A stretch of DNA of 64,000 nt from Gammaproteobacteria bacterium (lineage in GTDB: Bacteria; Pseudomonadota; Gammaproteobacteria; Pseudomonadales; Azotimanducaceae), in contig JAUIAV010000025.1 of the NCBI GenBank assembly GCA_030425195.1, positions 2,877 through 66,876 on the forward strand, in the 5' to 3' direction. Below the pieces are notes generated by a model. The model made no database searches, was not told the origin of the DNA, and was given only the letters and a program-made list of their open reading frames with translations. Of this stretch, positions 45,050 to 54,753 are shown piece after piece (within the stretch, counting starts at the first letter, position 1; every line of letters starts with the position of its first letter). The position numbers and the translations under genes are program-made.

Positions 45050-45667
45050 ATGGATGACGACTTCCGTTCCGCCATGAGCGACGTGGCGCCGCTCGGCGAG
45101 AAGGTGAAGAAGAAAGCCCGTCACGAGGAACAGCTGCGCGAGGCGAAGAAGGAAATGCCCCGGGCCGTCTCCCTCACCCAGCTCGAACGCCGATATGCCG
45201 CCCTCGGCATCGATCGGACTCCGAAGGTGGATCCCAATCCCCTGACGCTTGGCGACGTCCCCGCCCTAGAGCCCCGCGATGTGCTCGAGTGGAAGAAGGA
45301 TGGTGTGCAGCATCAGGTCTTCGCCCGTCTGAAGAACGGCCAGTACCCTATTGAGGGCTCGCTGGACCTGCACCGGCTGTCCGTCAGAGAGGCCCGGGAG
45401 GCGGTCCGCAAGTTTTTCCGTCTCGCCGAGGCGAAACGCTGGCGAACGGTCCTGATCGCGCACGGGCGCGGAGAACAGAGTGCCACACCGGCGCGCCTGA
45501 AGAGTTATGTGGTCCACTGGCTGGGTCAGATGCCGGACGTGATCGCTTATTCGAGTGCAGACCGCCGCCATGGCGGCACGGGTGCGGTGCTGGTGCTGGT
45601 GCGGAAATCGGCGGCTGCGAAAGAAGAAACCCGGGAAGCCTTCGGTCAGAAATCCGATCCGGACTGA
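45050..45667 (+). CDS. smrB: Smr-domain endonuclease SmrB
   Basis: C-terminal Smr domain LDLHRLSVREA...VLIAHGRG...LKSYVVHWL...GGTGAVLVLV. Length and layout match E. coli SmrB (YfcN). Confidence 0.8.
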   Translation: MDDDFRSAMSDVAPLGEKVKKKARHEEQLREAKKEMPRAVSLTQLERRYAALGIDRTPKVDPNPLTLGDVPALEPRDVLEWKKDGVQHQVFARLKNGQYPIEGSLDLHRLSVREAREAVRKFFRLAEAKRWRTVLIAHGRGEQSATPARLKSYVVHWLGQMPDVIAYSSADRRHGGTGAVLVLVRKSAAAKEETREAFGQKSDPD

Positions 45668-45682
45668 CCGGGCCGACGCGGG

Positions 45683-46798
45683 TCAGATCCGGCCTTTGTC
45701 GAGTTCGAGCGCACCTCTGGCCAGATTGAGCCGAAGAATGTCGCTGGCCCCCTCGGCCAGACGCAGCGACCGGACCTGACGGTACAGGGCCTCCAGCGGA
45801 TGCCCGACCACCAGAGCACCTCCCCCGACCAGCTGAATGGCCGTATCCACCGCTTCACCGACGAGCTCGGTGGTGAAAATCTTGGCGGCCATTCCCTCGT
45901 TGCGGATGTCCTCGCCGGAGTCCGCCAGTCGGGCGGTCCGGTAAACCATGCTCCTGGCAGCGTACGCTTTCATCCGGATGTCCGAGTAGCGCAGCCGCAC
46001 CCCTTCCTTGTCGCCCCTCGGCGTTCCCGACCGGTCGGGCTGCTTCAGATGTGTCACCAGGAAGGCATCCAGCCAGCGGAGCGTACCGACGGCGCTGGCG
46101 GCGAAGGCGAGGCGGGTATCCCCGATCTGCTGCAGCGCCCGTGGCATGCCTTCGCCCGGCTTGCCGATCATGTGGTGCGCGGGGACCTTCACGTCCCGGA
46201 ACTCGAAGGCGGCGTGATGGCTGCCGTCCAGTGAGCTGAACGTCCGCACCAGCTCCACGCCCGGGGCGTCCGTGTCGATCAGGATCATGGCGGGGCCCTT
46301 ACCGGGCACCTGAACCAGCGTGTTGATGAAGTCCGCGTCTGCGCCGCCGGTGACGTACGACTTCTGTCCGTTCACGATCCAGTGGTCGTCTTCGAGCACG
46401 GCGGCGGTAGGGCTTGGTGCGTCATCCGGCTCGGTGAAGCCGAATCCGCCGCGCATGCGGCCTTCCAGAAGCGGCGCCAGGTGGGTGGATCGGAGCTGTT
46501 CGGAAGCCCCACCGAGCACGCCGGGCCCCGGCCCGAACACGGCGCCGGCGTAGGGCGTGTTGAACGCACCCAGCTCGTCCCGGACGATGGTGAGCGCCAG
46601 CGCGCCCGACTCGGTGCCACCGAATGCCTTCGGCTGGGTCATGGCGAAGAAACCGGCCTCCTTGCTGGCTTCGATCACGCGCTGCCGGGCATTGCGGGGA
46701 TCCTCGCCGTTGTCGGCCAGCGGCAGAAGCACACCTTCTGCGAAGTCTCTGACGCGCCCGGCGAGAGCGCGTTCGGATTCGGTCAGCATTTCCGGCAT
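45683..46798 (-). CDS. Acyl-CoA dehydrogenase
   Basis: ACAD fold (FGFTEPD, W.VNGQKSYVTGG, GGGALVVGHPLE, LRLAEGASDI). Confidence 0.9.
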   Translation of the reverse strand: MPEMLTESERALAGRVRDFAEGVLLPLADNGEDPRNARQRVIEASKEAGFFAMTQPKAFGGTESGALALTIVRDELGAFNTPYAGAVFGPGPGVLGGASEQLRSTHLAPLLEGRMRGGFGFTEPDDAPSPTAAVLEDDHWIVNGQKSYVTGGADADFINTLVQVPGKGPAMILIDTDAPGVELVRTFSSLDGSHHAAFEFRDVKVPAHHMIGKPGEGMPRALQQIGDTRLAFAASAVGTLRWLDAFLVTHLKQPDRSGTPRGDKEGVRLRYSDIRMKAYAARSMVYRTARLADSGEDIRNEGMAAKIFTTELVGEAVDTAIQLVGGGALVVGHPLEALYRQVRSLRLAEGASDILRLNLARGALELDKGRI

Positions 46799-46820
46799 GG
46801 CGGTCGTCCTGTCGGCAGAT

Positions 46821-47198
46821 TCAGAAAGAAGGTGCCACCAGGATGACGACGATCAGCAGGATGGTCATCACCATGGCGGCGAACGCATACAGAATGAGAG
46901 ATTCCTTCCGCGCGGCACTGATCAGAAAGCGCTCCACGTCTTCCCGGGAACGGGCGGCGGTGGCGCTGGTCAGCCGGTAACGGGTGATGCCATCCGGCCG
47001 ACGCGGGAGTTTGACGAAGAGTTCCGGAGTCGCGTCCAGCCGCGCGCTCACTTCCTGAAAGCCGATGCCGGTGTAGCGGGCAATCTGCGTCGGATGCAGA
47101 CCGACACTCGGGTGATCCAGAAAGCACTGATAGATGCGGGCGAGCCGCCGCAGCTTGCCTCGGAACCGGAAGCGGATTGGGATGATGCCGAACATCAT
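46821..47198 (-). CDS. Hypothetical protein, putative wHTH-like N-domain with a C-terminal TM anchor
   Basis: 125 aa with C-terminal hydrophobic helix LILYAFAAMVMTILLIVVILV. No family recognised. Confidence 0.5.
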   Translation of the reverse strand: MMFGIIPIRFRFRGKLRRLARIYQCFLDHPSVGLHPTQIARYTGIGFQEVSARLDATPELFVKLPRRPDGITRYRLTSATAARSREDVERFLISAARKESLILYAFAAMVMTILLIVVILVAPSF

Positions 47199-47243
47199 GA
47201 TGGGGCGAGTCTAGCATGCCGTCGCCGCCCCGAGCCGGGTACC

Positions 47244-48248
47244 TCAACGTTCGGGGCGGCGGGCAATGAGCGCTGCCCGGACCGGTGCCGGATAGCCTTC
47301 CACCGTATGTGCCGGGTTTCGCGGATCCAGGGATTCGGCGAGCGACTCGAAGGTCATCCAGGGCGTGCTGCGCTGTTCGTCCGTGGTCGTCGGGGTGATG
47401 TCCACGGTCCGGACGTCCTCGAATCCCGCTTCGATCAGCCAGTCTGTGAGCGTCTCCACGCGGGGTACCACGTGTACGTTGCGCATGCGGGCATACCGGC
47501 CCCGGCCCGGGCTCTGACCCGGGGCGCTGGCCGGGTGCAGGTCGGTGCCATCGGTGACCACCAGCGATTCCAGGAGCACGCGGCCGCCGGGCCGGGTGCA
47601 CGCATGCAGGCCACGCACGTGCTCCAGGGGATCGGCGCGGTGATAGACGACGCCCATGCTCAGGACGAGATCGAAAGGATGTGCGGGCAGGATCTCGAAA
47701 GGAATCGGCAGAACCATGCTGGCACTCTGCACCGGGTTGGTGTTCGGCCCGCCGCTGCCCAGGAAGCGGCAGAGCGCCAGATGCTGTACGAAGAAGAGCA
47801 CCGTAGGATCCACGCCGAGCACTCCTTCCGCACCGGCGCCGAGCAGGCGCCAACCGAAGTAGCCGTTCCCGCAGCCTACATCGAGCACCTGCTGTCCGTT
47901 CAGATCTCCGAGAGCCGCCGCGATCCGATGCCACTTCCAGTCGGAGCGCCATTCCGTGTCCACATGGATGCCGAAAAGATCGAAAGGCCCTTTCCGCCAG
48001 GGCCGCAGTGCCTGGAGCGCGGCAGTCAGCGCGCTCCGCTCCAGCGCCGAGATGCGGCCCTCTGCCGCTACCGGGTCCGTCAGCGTTATTCGTTCCGCCG
48101 CCAGCTCAGGCAGCCCGGACAGCGCCTGCGTCCATCGGGGCAGGTCTCCGTGCCGGGCCACGCGACTGCGAGCCGCAGCGACGACGGTATGCCACTCGGG
48201 GACGTCGGCACAGACGGTCGGCCGGGCGATGGCATCGAGCGGGTTCAC
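47244..48248 (-). CDS. cmoB: tRNA U34 carboxymethyltransferase CmoB
   Basis: PWRKGPFDLFGIHVDTEWRSDWKW and VLDVGCGNGYF. The GTG start overlaps the cmoA stop (GTGA 48245-48248). Confidence 0.9.
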   Translation of the reverse strand: MNPLDAIARPTVCADVPEWHTVVAAARSRVARHGDLPRWTQALSGLPELAAERITLTDPVAAEGRISALERSALTAALQALRPWRKGPFDLFGIHVDTEWRSDWKWHRIAAALGDLNGQQVLDVGCGNGYFGWRLLGAGAEGVLGVDPTVLFFVQHLALCRFLGSGGPNTNPVQSASMVLPIPFEILPAHPFDLVLSMGVVYHRADPLEHVRGLHACTRPGGRVLLESLVVTDGTDLHPASAPGQSPGRGRYARMRNVHVVPRVETLTDWLIEAGFEDVRTVDITPTTTDEQRSTPWMTFESLAESLDPRNPAHTVEGYPAPVRAALIARRPER

Positions 48249-48979
48249 GGCGTGGCGATGAAGGAAGCCCAGTTCAGGCACTGGAACCAGACCTGCACCC
48301 GGCGGAATCCGGCAGCCTCGAGACGCGCCACGTGCGTCTCGAGGGTGTCCGGGATCATCACCTGTTCCAGGGCCGTGCGCTTCTGGCTGATCTCCAGCTC
48401 GGAATAGCCATTGGCCCGCTTGAAGTCCAGGTGTGCCTCGAAGTTGAAGGACTCCACCGCGGGATCGTCTGAGCGGACCTTCTCGGACAGGAGCAGCGCG
48501 CCGTTTTCCGCAATGGCCGCGTGGATCCCGCGGAGCACGTCGAGACGACTCTCCGGCGGAAGAAACTGCAGCACCCAGTTCATGGTCACGGCACCGGCAG
48601 GCTCGAAGTCCAGGTCCCGGATGTCCGCCTCGAGAAAGAGGATCCGGCGGTCGTGGATGGCGGCACGGGCCTGTTCCAGCATGGGAGCAGCATTGTCCAC
48701 GCCGACCACGACGGGATCTTCCAGGGTGACGTCCAGCGCATCCAGTGCCTTCAGAATCGAAAGGGAGGAAGCGCCCAGGGAGCAGCCGAGATCGTAGGCG
48801 CGGCTCACGCCGCTGTCCCGCATGGCCCGGGCCGCCAGCAGTCCCGTCATGGGCACCACCAGCTCGTAACCGGGCACGGAGCGTCTGATCATGTCCGGAA
48901 AGACGCCCGCCACGGTCTCGTCGAACACGAAGTCGACGATCTGAGGTTTCGGCTCGCTGAATACCTGGTCTCTGGTCAT
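48245..48979 (-). CDS. cmoA: Carboxy-S-adenosyl-L-methionine synthase CmoA
   Basis: DFVFDETVAGVFPDMIRRSVPGY and DLGCSLG, about 244 aa. Confidence 0.93.
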   Translation of the reverse strand: MTRDQVFSEPKPQIVDFVFDETVAGVFPDMIRRSVPGYELVVPMTGLLAARAMRDSGVSRAYDLGCSLGASSLSILKALDALDVTLEDPVVVGVDNAAPMLEQARAAIHDRRILFLEADIRDLDFEPAGAVTMNWVLQFLPPESRLDVLRGIHAAIAENGALLLSEKVRSDDPAVESFNFEAHLDFKRANGYSELEISQKRTALEQVMIPDTLETHVARLEAAGFRRVQVWFQCLNWASFIATP

Positions 48980-49043
48980 AACAATTCGCTCAAGCGTGCG
49001 TGATAGGCTCGGGGGTTCTTCTCCGTTAGCCTGATGTTCAGAG

Positions 49044-51125
49044 GTGGCTAGTACACAGATGTCCGAAGATCTTCACAACCCTGAGCTCTACATCAACCGG
49101 GAGCTGTCGCTGCTCGAGTTCAACCGGCGGGTGCTCGCCCAGTCACAGGACGAAGGCACGCCGCTGCTCGAGCGTCTGCGGTTTCTGTGTATCGCGAGCT
49201 CGGTGCTCGACGAATTCTTCGAGATCCGGGTCGCCGGTCTGAAGCAGCAGGAAGCCGTGGGTGCCAGCCAGCGGGGTCCGGACAACCTGTCTCCGTCGGA
49301 GCAGCTCAGGCGCATCAAGGCCACGGCCGATGGTCTGGTCGAAGCACAGTATCAGGTCCTGAACGAGGTGCTCATTCCCAAGCTCGATATCCAGGGGATC
49401 CGGATCCTGGATGAGGGGGACTGGAACGACAAGCAGAAGCAGTGGCTCAAACGCTACTTCAAGAAGGAACTGGCGCCCATCATGAGTCCGATCGCGCTGG
49501 ACCCGGCGCACCCCTTCCCGCAGCCGCTGAACAAGAGCCTCTGCTTCATCGTGGCCCTCGAGGGGCAGGACGCCTTCGGGCGGCAGATCGGCAGAGCCAT
49601 CGTCCAGGCGCCCAGGGCATTTCCCAGAGTCGTGCGGCTGCCGGATTCCTGCGCCACCTCCCCGTACGAGTTCGTGCTGCTCTCGTCGATCATCGAGTCC
49701 CACGTCTCCGGTCTTTTCCCGGGCATGAAGGCCACCGGCTGCTATCCGTTCCGGGTCACCCGCAACAGTGACCTGTTCGTGGACCTCGAGGAGGTGGACG
49801 ATCTGCTCCGGGCCCTCGAAGGTGAACTGTCATCCAGACGATACGGAGATGCAGTCCGTCTCGAGGTGGACGTGGACTGCCCGGACGATCTGGAAGCCTT
49901 TCTGCGCGCACAGTTCAGGCTCAATCAGGACGACGTCTATCGCTGCAACGGACCCGTGAACCTGATGCGGCTCGCGGCCATCCCGGATCTGGTCGACCGG
50001 CCGGAGCTCAAATACCCGGGGTTCACACCGCGGATTCCCGACCGGTTCCGACAGGCAGGCGATGCTTTCGAGGCCATCCGCGAAGGTGACATTCTCGTTC
50101 ACCACCCGTTCGACTCCTTCGCGCCGTTCATCGAGTTTCTCCGCCAGGCGGCAGCGGATCCCCAGGTACTGTCCATCCGTCAGACACTCTACCGGACGGG
50201 CCCGGATTCTGCGGTGGTGGAGGCGCTCACCCGGGCGGCAGCCAGCGGCAAGGAGGTGCTGGTGGTCATCGAGCTCCGGGCCCGTTTCGATGAGGAAGAC
50301 AACATCGAGCTTGCCAACCATCTACAGAGCGTCGGCGCTCAGGTGGTGTACGGGGTAGTGGGTCACAAGACCCACTCGAAGATGAGCATGGTGGTGCGGC
50401 GTGAAGGCCGTTCGCTGGTCCGCTACGTGCATCTGGGCACCGGAAACTACCACCAGCGCACCACACGCCTGTACACGGACTACGGTCTGTTCACCAGCGA
50501 CCCGGACATCGGCGAGGACGTGCAGCAGCTCTTCCAGCAGCTCACCTCCATGGGCAAGGCGGGCCGGCTGAAGAAGATGCTGCAGTCACCTTTCACGCTG
50601 CACAAGACCATGCTCGAGCTGATCGATCAGGAGGCACGCAATGCCGCCGGTGGCAGGACCGGGTATATCTTCGCGAAGATGAACTCTCTGGTTGAGCCGC
50701 AGGTCATCCAGGCACTCTACCGGGCCTCTCAGGCCGGGGTGAAGGTGGATCTGGTGGTGCGTGGCATCTGCGCGCTGCGTCCCGGCATCAAGGGCGTTTC
50801 CGGCAACATCCGGGTCCGCTCCATCATCGGCCGGTTTCTCGAGCACACGCGGGTGTTCCACTTCGAGAACGACGGCGATCCGAAGCTGTACCTGTCCAGC
50901 GCAGACTGGATGGGCCGGAACTTCTTCAATCGTGTGGAAACCTGTTTTCCCATAGAGGACCCCGCCATCCAGAAGCGGATTCTGGCCGAATGCCGCCTGT
51001 ATCTGACCGATAACTGTCAGGCCTGGCAGCTGGAATCGGACGGGCTCTACCAGCGGGTGCAGAGCACGGCTTCGGAACGCAGGAGCGCTCAGGAAACACT
51101 GCTGGAGGAGATAACGGGCGGTTGA
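49044..51125 (+). CDS. ppk: Polyphosphate kinase 1
   Basis: NPELYINRELSLLEFNRRVL N-terminus, HSKMSMVVR and other PPK1 motifs. 693 aa. The ATG at 49059 is an alternative start. Confidence 0.95.
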   Translation: MASTQMSEDLHNPELYINRELSLLEFNRRVLAQSQDEGTPLLERLRFLCIASSVLDEFFEIRVAGLKQQEAVGASQRGPDNLSPSEQLRRIKATADGLVEAQYQVLNEVLIPKLDIQGIRILDEGDWNDKQKQWLKRYFKKELAPIMSPIALDPAHPFPQPLNKSLCFIVALEGQDAFGRQIGRAIVQAPRAFPRVVRLPDSCATSPYEFVLLSSIIESHVSGLFPGMKATGCYPFRVTRNSDLFVDLEEVDDLLRALEGELSSRRYGDAVRLEVDVDCPDDLEAFLRAQFRLNQDDVYRCNGPVNLMRLAAIPDLVDRPELKYPGFTPRIPDRFRQAGDAFEAIREGDILVHHPFDSFAPFIEFLRQAAADPQVLSIRQTLYRTGPDSAVVEALTRAAASGKEVLVVIELRARFDEEDNIELANHLQSVGAQVVYGVVGHKTHSKMSMVVRREGRSLVRYVHLGTGNYHQRTTRLYTDYGLFTSDPDIGEDVQQLFQQLTSMGKAGRLKKMLQSPFTLHKTMLELIDQEARNAAGGRTGYIFAKMNSLVEPQVIQALYRASQAGVKVDLVVRGICALRPGIKGVSGNIRVRSIIGRFLEHTRVFHFENDGDPKLYLSSADWMGRNFFNRVETCFPIEDPAIQKRILAECRLYLTDNCQAWQLESDGLYQRVQSTASERRSAQETLLEEITGG

Positions 51126-51131
51126 CGGATT

Positions 51132-51150
51132 CCCCGGTGCAGAACCGGGG
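51132..51150. terminator. Short hairpin between convergent ppk and ppx
   Basis: CCCCGG-tgcagaa-CCGGGG, a 6-bp stem in a 27-nt gap, with no U-tract. Confidence 0.3.
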
Positions 51151-51152
51151 TG

Positions 51153-52670
51153 TCAGGCGACGACGGTGAGCGTGTGCTCGATGGCTTTGAGGTAGTTCGT
51201 TTCCTGGGCGAGGTCCAGCTGGGTGAGCGGATGCCGGGCCAGCCAGCCGTCCGGGAATTCGAGCTTGATCTGGTTTCCCCGCACCTTGAGGCCGACATGG
51301 GGCAGCACATCGCTGGTACGGCCCCGATGCAGGACGACTGACAGCCGCAGCAGAATCGCCAGCCGTTGCAGCCGGGTGGTCATGTCCGTTTCCTCCAGCG
51401 GAAACTTCCGCCGGTGTGCCCGCACGATGAGCGCCAGATGGTGCTGGTCGAGTCGTGAGAAGCCGGCCATATCCATGTTTTCCAGCAGGTAACCGCCGTG
51501 CTTGTGATACTGGCTGTGGGCGATGTCCATGCCGATTTCGTGCAGGTCGGCGGCCCAGCCGAGCAGGAGCTTGTCAGTGGGTTCGGTCAGTTTCCAGGAA
51601 CGGGCCGCCTGTGCCAGCAGCCCGATGGCCGTCTCCCGGACCCGGCGGGCGTGCGCGGATTCGATGTGGTAGCGCTCCGCCAGGCCGCGCACGGTGGTCT
51701 CGCGGGTATCCTGATCGTTCACCCGGCCGAGCAGATCGTAGATCAGACCCTCGCGCAGCGCGCCGCTCGTTGCCTGCATCTCCTCAATCCCGAGCGATTC
51801 GAAGATGCCGTACAGCACGCAGAGTCCGCCGGCGAATACCGGCGCCCGTTCGCCGGGCAGCCCGGACAGACTGATCCGATCGATCTGGCGCATGTCGATG
51901 AGCGCCTTCTTGATGGCCTTCAGTCCGTCCAGCGTGATGGTGGTGGTTTCCGGAGACATGGCGGTCAGGATGTCCTGCACGGCAAGAATGGTTCCGGAGG
52001 CGCCGATGGCAATGTCCCAGCCGGCGTCCCTGTACACCTGCTCGAGCGGTTCCAGCTCCTGACGCGCCAGGTTGATGGCGTCCTTGAACTGGGTGGCTCT
52101 GAGCTTGCCGTCCGCGAAACATCGCTGGGTCATGCCCACGCAACCCATGTAGAGACTCTCCATCACCTCTGCCCGGAACCGGCGTCCGAGAATCAGCTCG
52201 GTGCTGCCGCCGCCGATGTCCACCACCAGACGCCGGTCAGCGGTGTCCTCCAGCGCGTGTGAAACCCCCAGATAGATGAGCCGCGCCTCTTCGCGACCGG
52301 AGATGATCTCCACTTCCTTGCCGAGAATGCGCTCTGCTTCCTCGAGAAACGCTCGGGCGTTGGTGGCCCGGCGCAGGGTGTTGGTTCCGACCACCCGGAA
52401 ATCGTCCGGATCCAGTCCCCGGAGCCGCTGACTGAACCGGTCCAGACAGTCCAGCGCCCGCTGGACCACCTCGGCACTCAGCGTTTTGCTTTCGGAAAGC
52501 CCGTCGGCCAGGCGCACCATCTCCTTGATCCGGTCAACCACCTGCAGACGGCCGTTGGATTCCTGTGCGACAACCAGATGGAAGCTGTTGGATCCCAGAT
52601 CCAGCGCCGCCAGCTGACGTTCACTGCCGACGGAACTCCGGTCTCGGCTTATGGGGCTGGGTTCAGCCAT
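51153..52670 (-). CDS. ppx: Exopolyphosphatase (Ppx/GppA family)
   Basis: LAALDLGSNSFHLVV, DIGGGSTE, and a C-terminal HD-like domain. 505 aa. Confidence 0.93.
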   Translation of the reverse strand: MAEPSPISRDRSSVGSERQLAALDLGSNSFHLVVAQESNGRLQVVDRIKEMVRLADGLSESKTLSAEVVQRALDCLDRFSQRLRGLDPDDFRVVGTNTLRRATNARAFLEEAERILGKEVEIISGREEARLIYLGVSHALEDTADRRLVVDIGGGSTELILGRRFRAEVMESLYMGCVGMTQRCFADGKLRATQFKDAINLARQELEPLEQVYRDAGWDIAIGASGTILAVQDILTAMSPETTTITLDGLKAIKKALIDMRQIDRISLSGLPGERAPVFAGGLCVLYGIFESLGIEEMQATSGALREGLIYDLLGRVNDQDTRETTVRGLAERYHIESAHARRVRETAIGLLAQAARSWKLTEPTDKLLLGWAADLHEIGMDIAHSQYHKHGGYLLENMDMAGFSRLDQHHLALIVRAHRRKFPLEETDMTTRLQRLAILLRLSVVLHRGRTSDVLPHVGLKVRGNQIKLEFPDGWLARHPLTQLDLAQETNYLKAIEHTLTVVA

Positions 52671-52759
52671 TCAGGTGGGCATCACGCCGTGCGGCATGCC
52701 TTCGTAGCGCTCGACGATGGTCATTGTAGTTGCCGGGATCGTGCTGGCAACCTGCGGGA

Positions 52760-54697
52760 TCACCCTCCGTAGATGGACGGCGGCAGCGGACAGTCGAGGG
52801 CGGCGGCGATCCCCTGCAGCAGCGCACCTTCGGTTCCGGATACGTGCCCGTCGGCCATCGCCGCGGCGGCACAGGCCTTGATCAGACGCGGTTTGGCCAG
52901 CGGTTTGAGCAGCGACAGGGTGCGGATGGCTTCATTGAGACGGCTGAAGTTCGGGTCGTCCGTCGGATCGAAGCTCAGCTTTGCCCGGGTGAGTTCGAGG
53001 GCCCGCGCACCGGCATCGAAAGCAGCCTTCTGCCCGGCGACGTCCGCATGTCCGAACCTTGCCAGGGTGGAGAGCAGCACGGTGGTCGCATCCGTCACCT
53101 GATCGATCCGCCCGTAGCGGGGGCGGCTTCTTCGGGGTCCTTCGAAGTGCGGGCGCAGTTCCTTTACGAGCAGGCGGTGAAGTACCCATTCCGGCAGGCT
53201 GATCCGCCGGTCCATCTTGATCAGGGCCACCACATTGGCGCTGAATCTGTCGTACTGAGGCCTGGAGAGCGATTTCAGCGCCGGCATGGCCATGCCGACG
53301 AGCGTCAGGCGGTGGGGTGGGTCCGCGTCCCGGAGATGCTCGAAGACCCTGGCCGTATAGGCAGGAACCCCGCGCTCTGCCTGTGTCTGGAGATGCGTGA
53401 ACTGCCGTTCGCGCATCTCCTCGTCCTCGTCGAGCAGGATGGCGTAGATCAGACCCCGGGCGCCATAGGGATCGTGCGCCGCTTCCCGCAGGACCTCGTC
53501 CGTCGTGGCGATCAGTGTCTGTGCAGCGGTGAGACCTTCCGCATCCAGTGTGCCCACCGCGTCGGTTACGCCGGCGGCATCAGCGCCGGCCGGGCTGGCA
53601 GCCGGTGCCGGCCCGCTGAACCCGCTGACGAGTTCCGGCTGCTCACCGGTGGAAGTGACAGCGCCGGTGACCGCCGGATAGACGCCGTCCCAGCGGGGAT
53701 CTACGGCACGGATTCGCTTGTCCAGCGGAGGATGGGTGGCGGTGAGCCGGTTGAGGAAGAGCGTGCGCACCTGGCCGAAGAACATATGGCTGGCTTCTCC
53801 GGCGGCCGTGCTGCGGATCTCGCTGCCTTCCGTATAACCGCCGATCTTCTTGAGGGCGCCGGCGATGCCGTCGGGATTCCGGGTGAACTGCACGGACGCC
53901 GCATCTGCCAGGTATTCGCGCTGGCGGCTGACCGCGGCCTTGATCAGGTTGCCGAAAAAGGTCCCCGCGTAGCCGATCACGAGCAGACCAACGGCGAGCG
54001 CCAGGATCGGCAGGGCGCTGTTGTTGCCGCTGCTGCTGGAACGGCGGCCATGGCCCACACCGCGGAGAATCCCGTAGCCGACGATGCCGAGGAAGAGAAT
54101 GCCGTGGAGGGCCGCGATCAGCCGCAGGTTGATGCGGACGTCACCGTTCAGGATGTGACTGAACTCGTGAGCGATCACTCCCTGCAGTTCGTCCCGGTTG
54201 AGCAGATCGATGGTGCCCTGATTTACGCCGATGATGGCGTCGTCCGGGCCGAACCCGGCAGCAAAGGCATTGATGCTCTGCTCGGGAATCAGATACACCG
54301 GCGGCACGGGCATGCCGGAGGCGATGGCCATTTCCTCGACGATGTTGAGCAGCCGTCGTGTATTGCCTTCCGTTGCATCGTAAGTCAGCAGCCGCCCGCC
54401 CAGGGACTCGGCAATCGTTCTGCCGCCGCCGCGCACCATCAGGAATTTGTACAGACTTGCGACGCCGACCACGCCCAGCACGCCCAGGGTGATCAGTACC
54501 CAGGTTTCGGCGGGCAGGGCTGACAGCAGACGGGTGACGTTGAAAGGCTCGGGGCGGGCGTAGTTGCTCGTCCAGACGTAGACCAGGGCCACCAGAAGAT
54601 TGGTGAGAAGGATGAGGCTCGCCACCGCCGCAGCGAACAGCAGCCCGAGCCGGAAGGTCTTTTTCCGCGCGTCGTCCTGCGCCTGAAAGAAGTTCAT
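52760..54697 (-). CDS. M48-family zinc metallopeptidase with a long C-terminal extension ending in a TerB-like module
   Basis: N-terminal TMs and HEFSHILNGD (HExxH). The C-terminal ADGHVSGTEGALLQGIAAAL resembles a TerB/DjlA-N-type module. Starts 56 nt downstream of lemA. Confidence 0.85.
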   Translation of the reverse strand: MNFFQAQDDARKKTFRLGLLFAAAVASLILLTNLLVALVYVWTSNYARPEPFNVTRLLSALPAETWVLITLGVLGVVGVASLYKFLMVRGGGRTIAESLGGRLLTYDATEGNTRRLLNIVEEMAIASGMPVPPVYLIPEQSINAFAAGFGPDDAIIGVNQGTIDLLNRDELQGVIAHEFSHILNGDVRINLRLIAALHGILFLGIVGYGILRGVGHGRRSSSSGNNSALPILALAVGLLVIGYAGTFFGNLIKAAVSRQREYLADAASVQFTRNPDGIAGALKKIGGYTEGSEIRSTAAGEASHMFFGQVRTLFLNRLTATHPPLDKRIRAVDPRWDGVYPAVTGAVTSTGEQPELVSGFSGPAPAASPAGADAAGVTDAVGTLDAEGLTAAQTLIATTDEVLREAAHDPYGARGLIYAILLDEDEEMRERQFTHLQTQAERGVPAYTARVFEHLRDADPPHRLTLVGMAMPALKSLSRPQYDRFSANVVALIKMDRRISLPEWVLHRLLVKELRPHFEGPRRSRPRYGRIDQVTDATTVLLSTLARFGHADVAGQKAAFDAGARALELTRAKLSFDPTDDPNFSRLNEAIRTLSLLKPLAKPRLIKACAAAAMADGHVSGTEGALLQGIAAALDCPLPPSIYGG

Positions 54698-54753
54698 CCG
54701 TCACGCTTCCCTGGGTATGGAGCCGGCCGGAAGCGGCCGGCATCCGACCCGAT

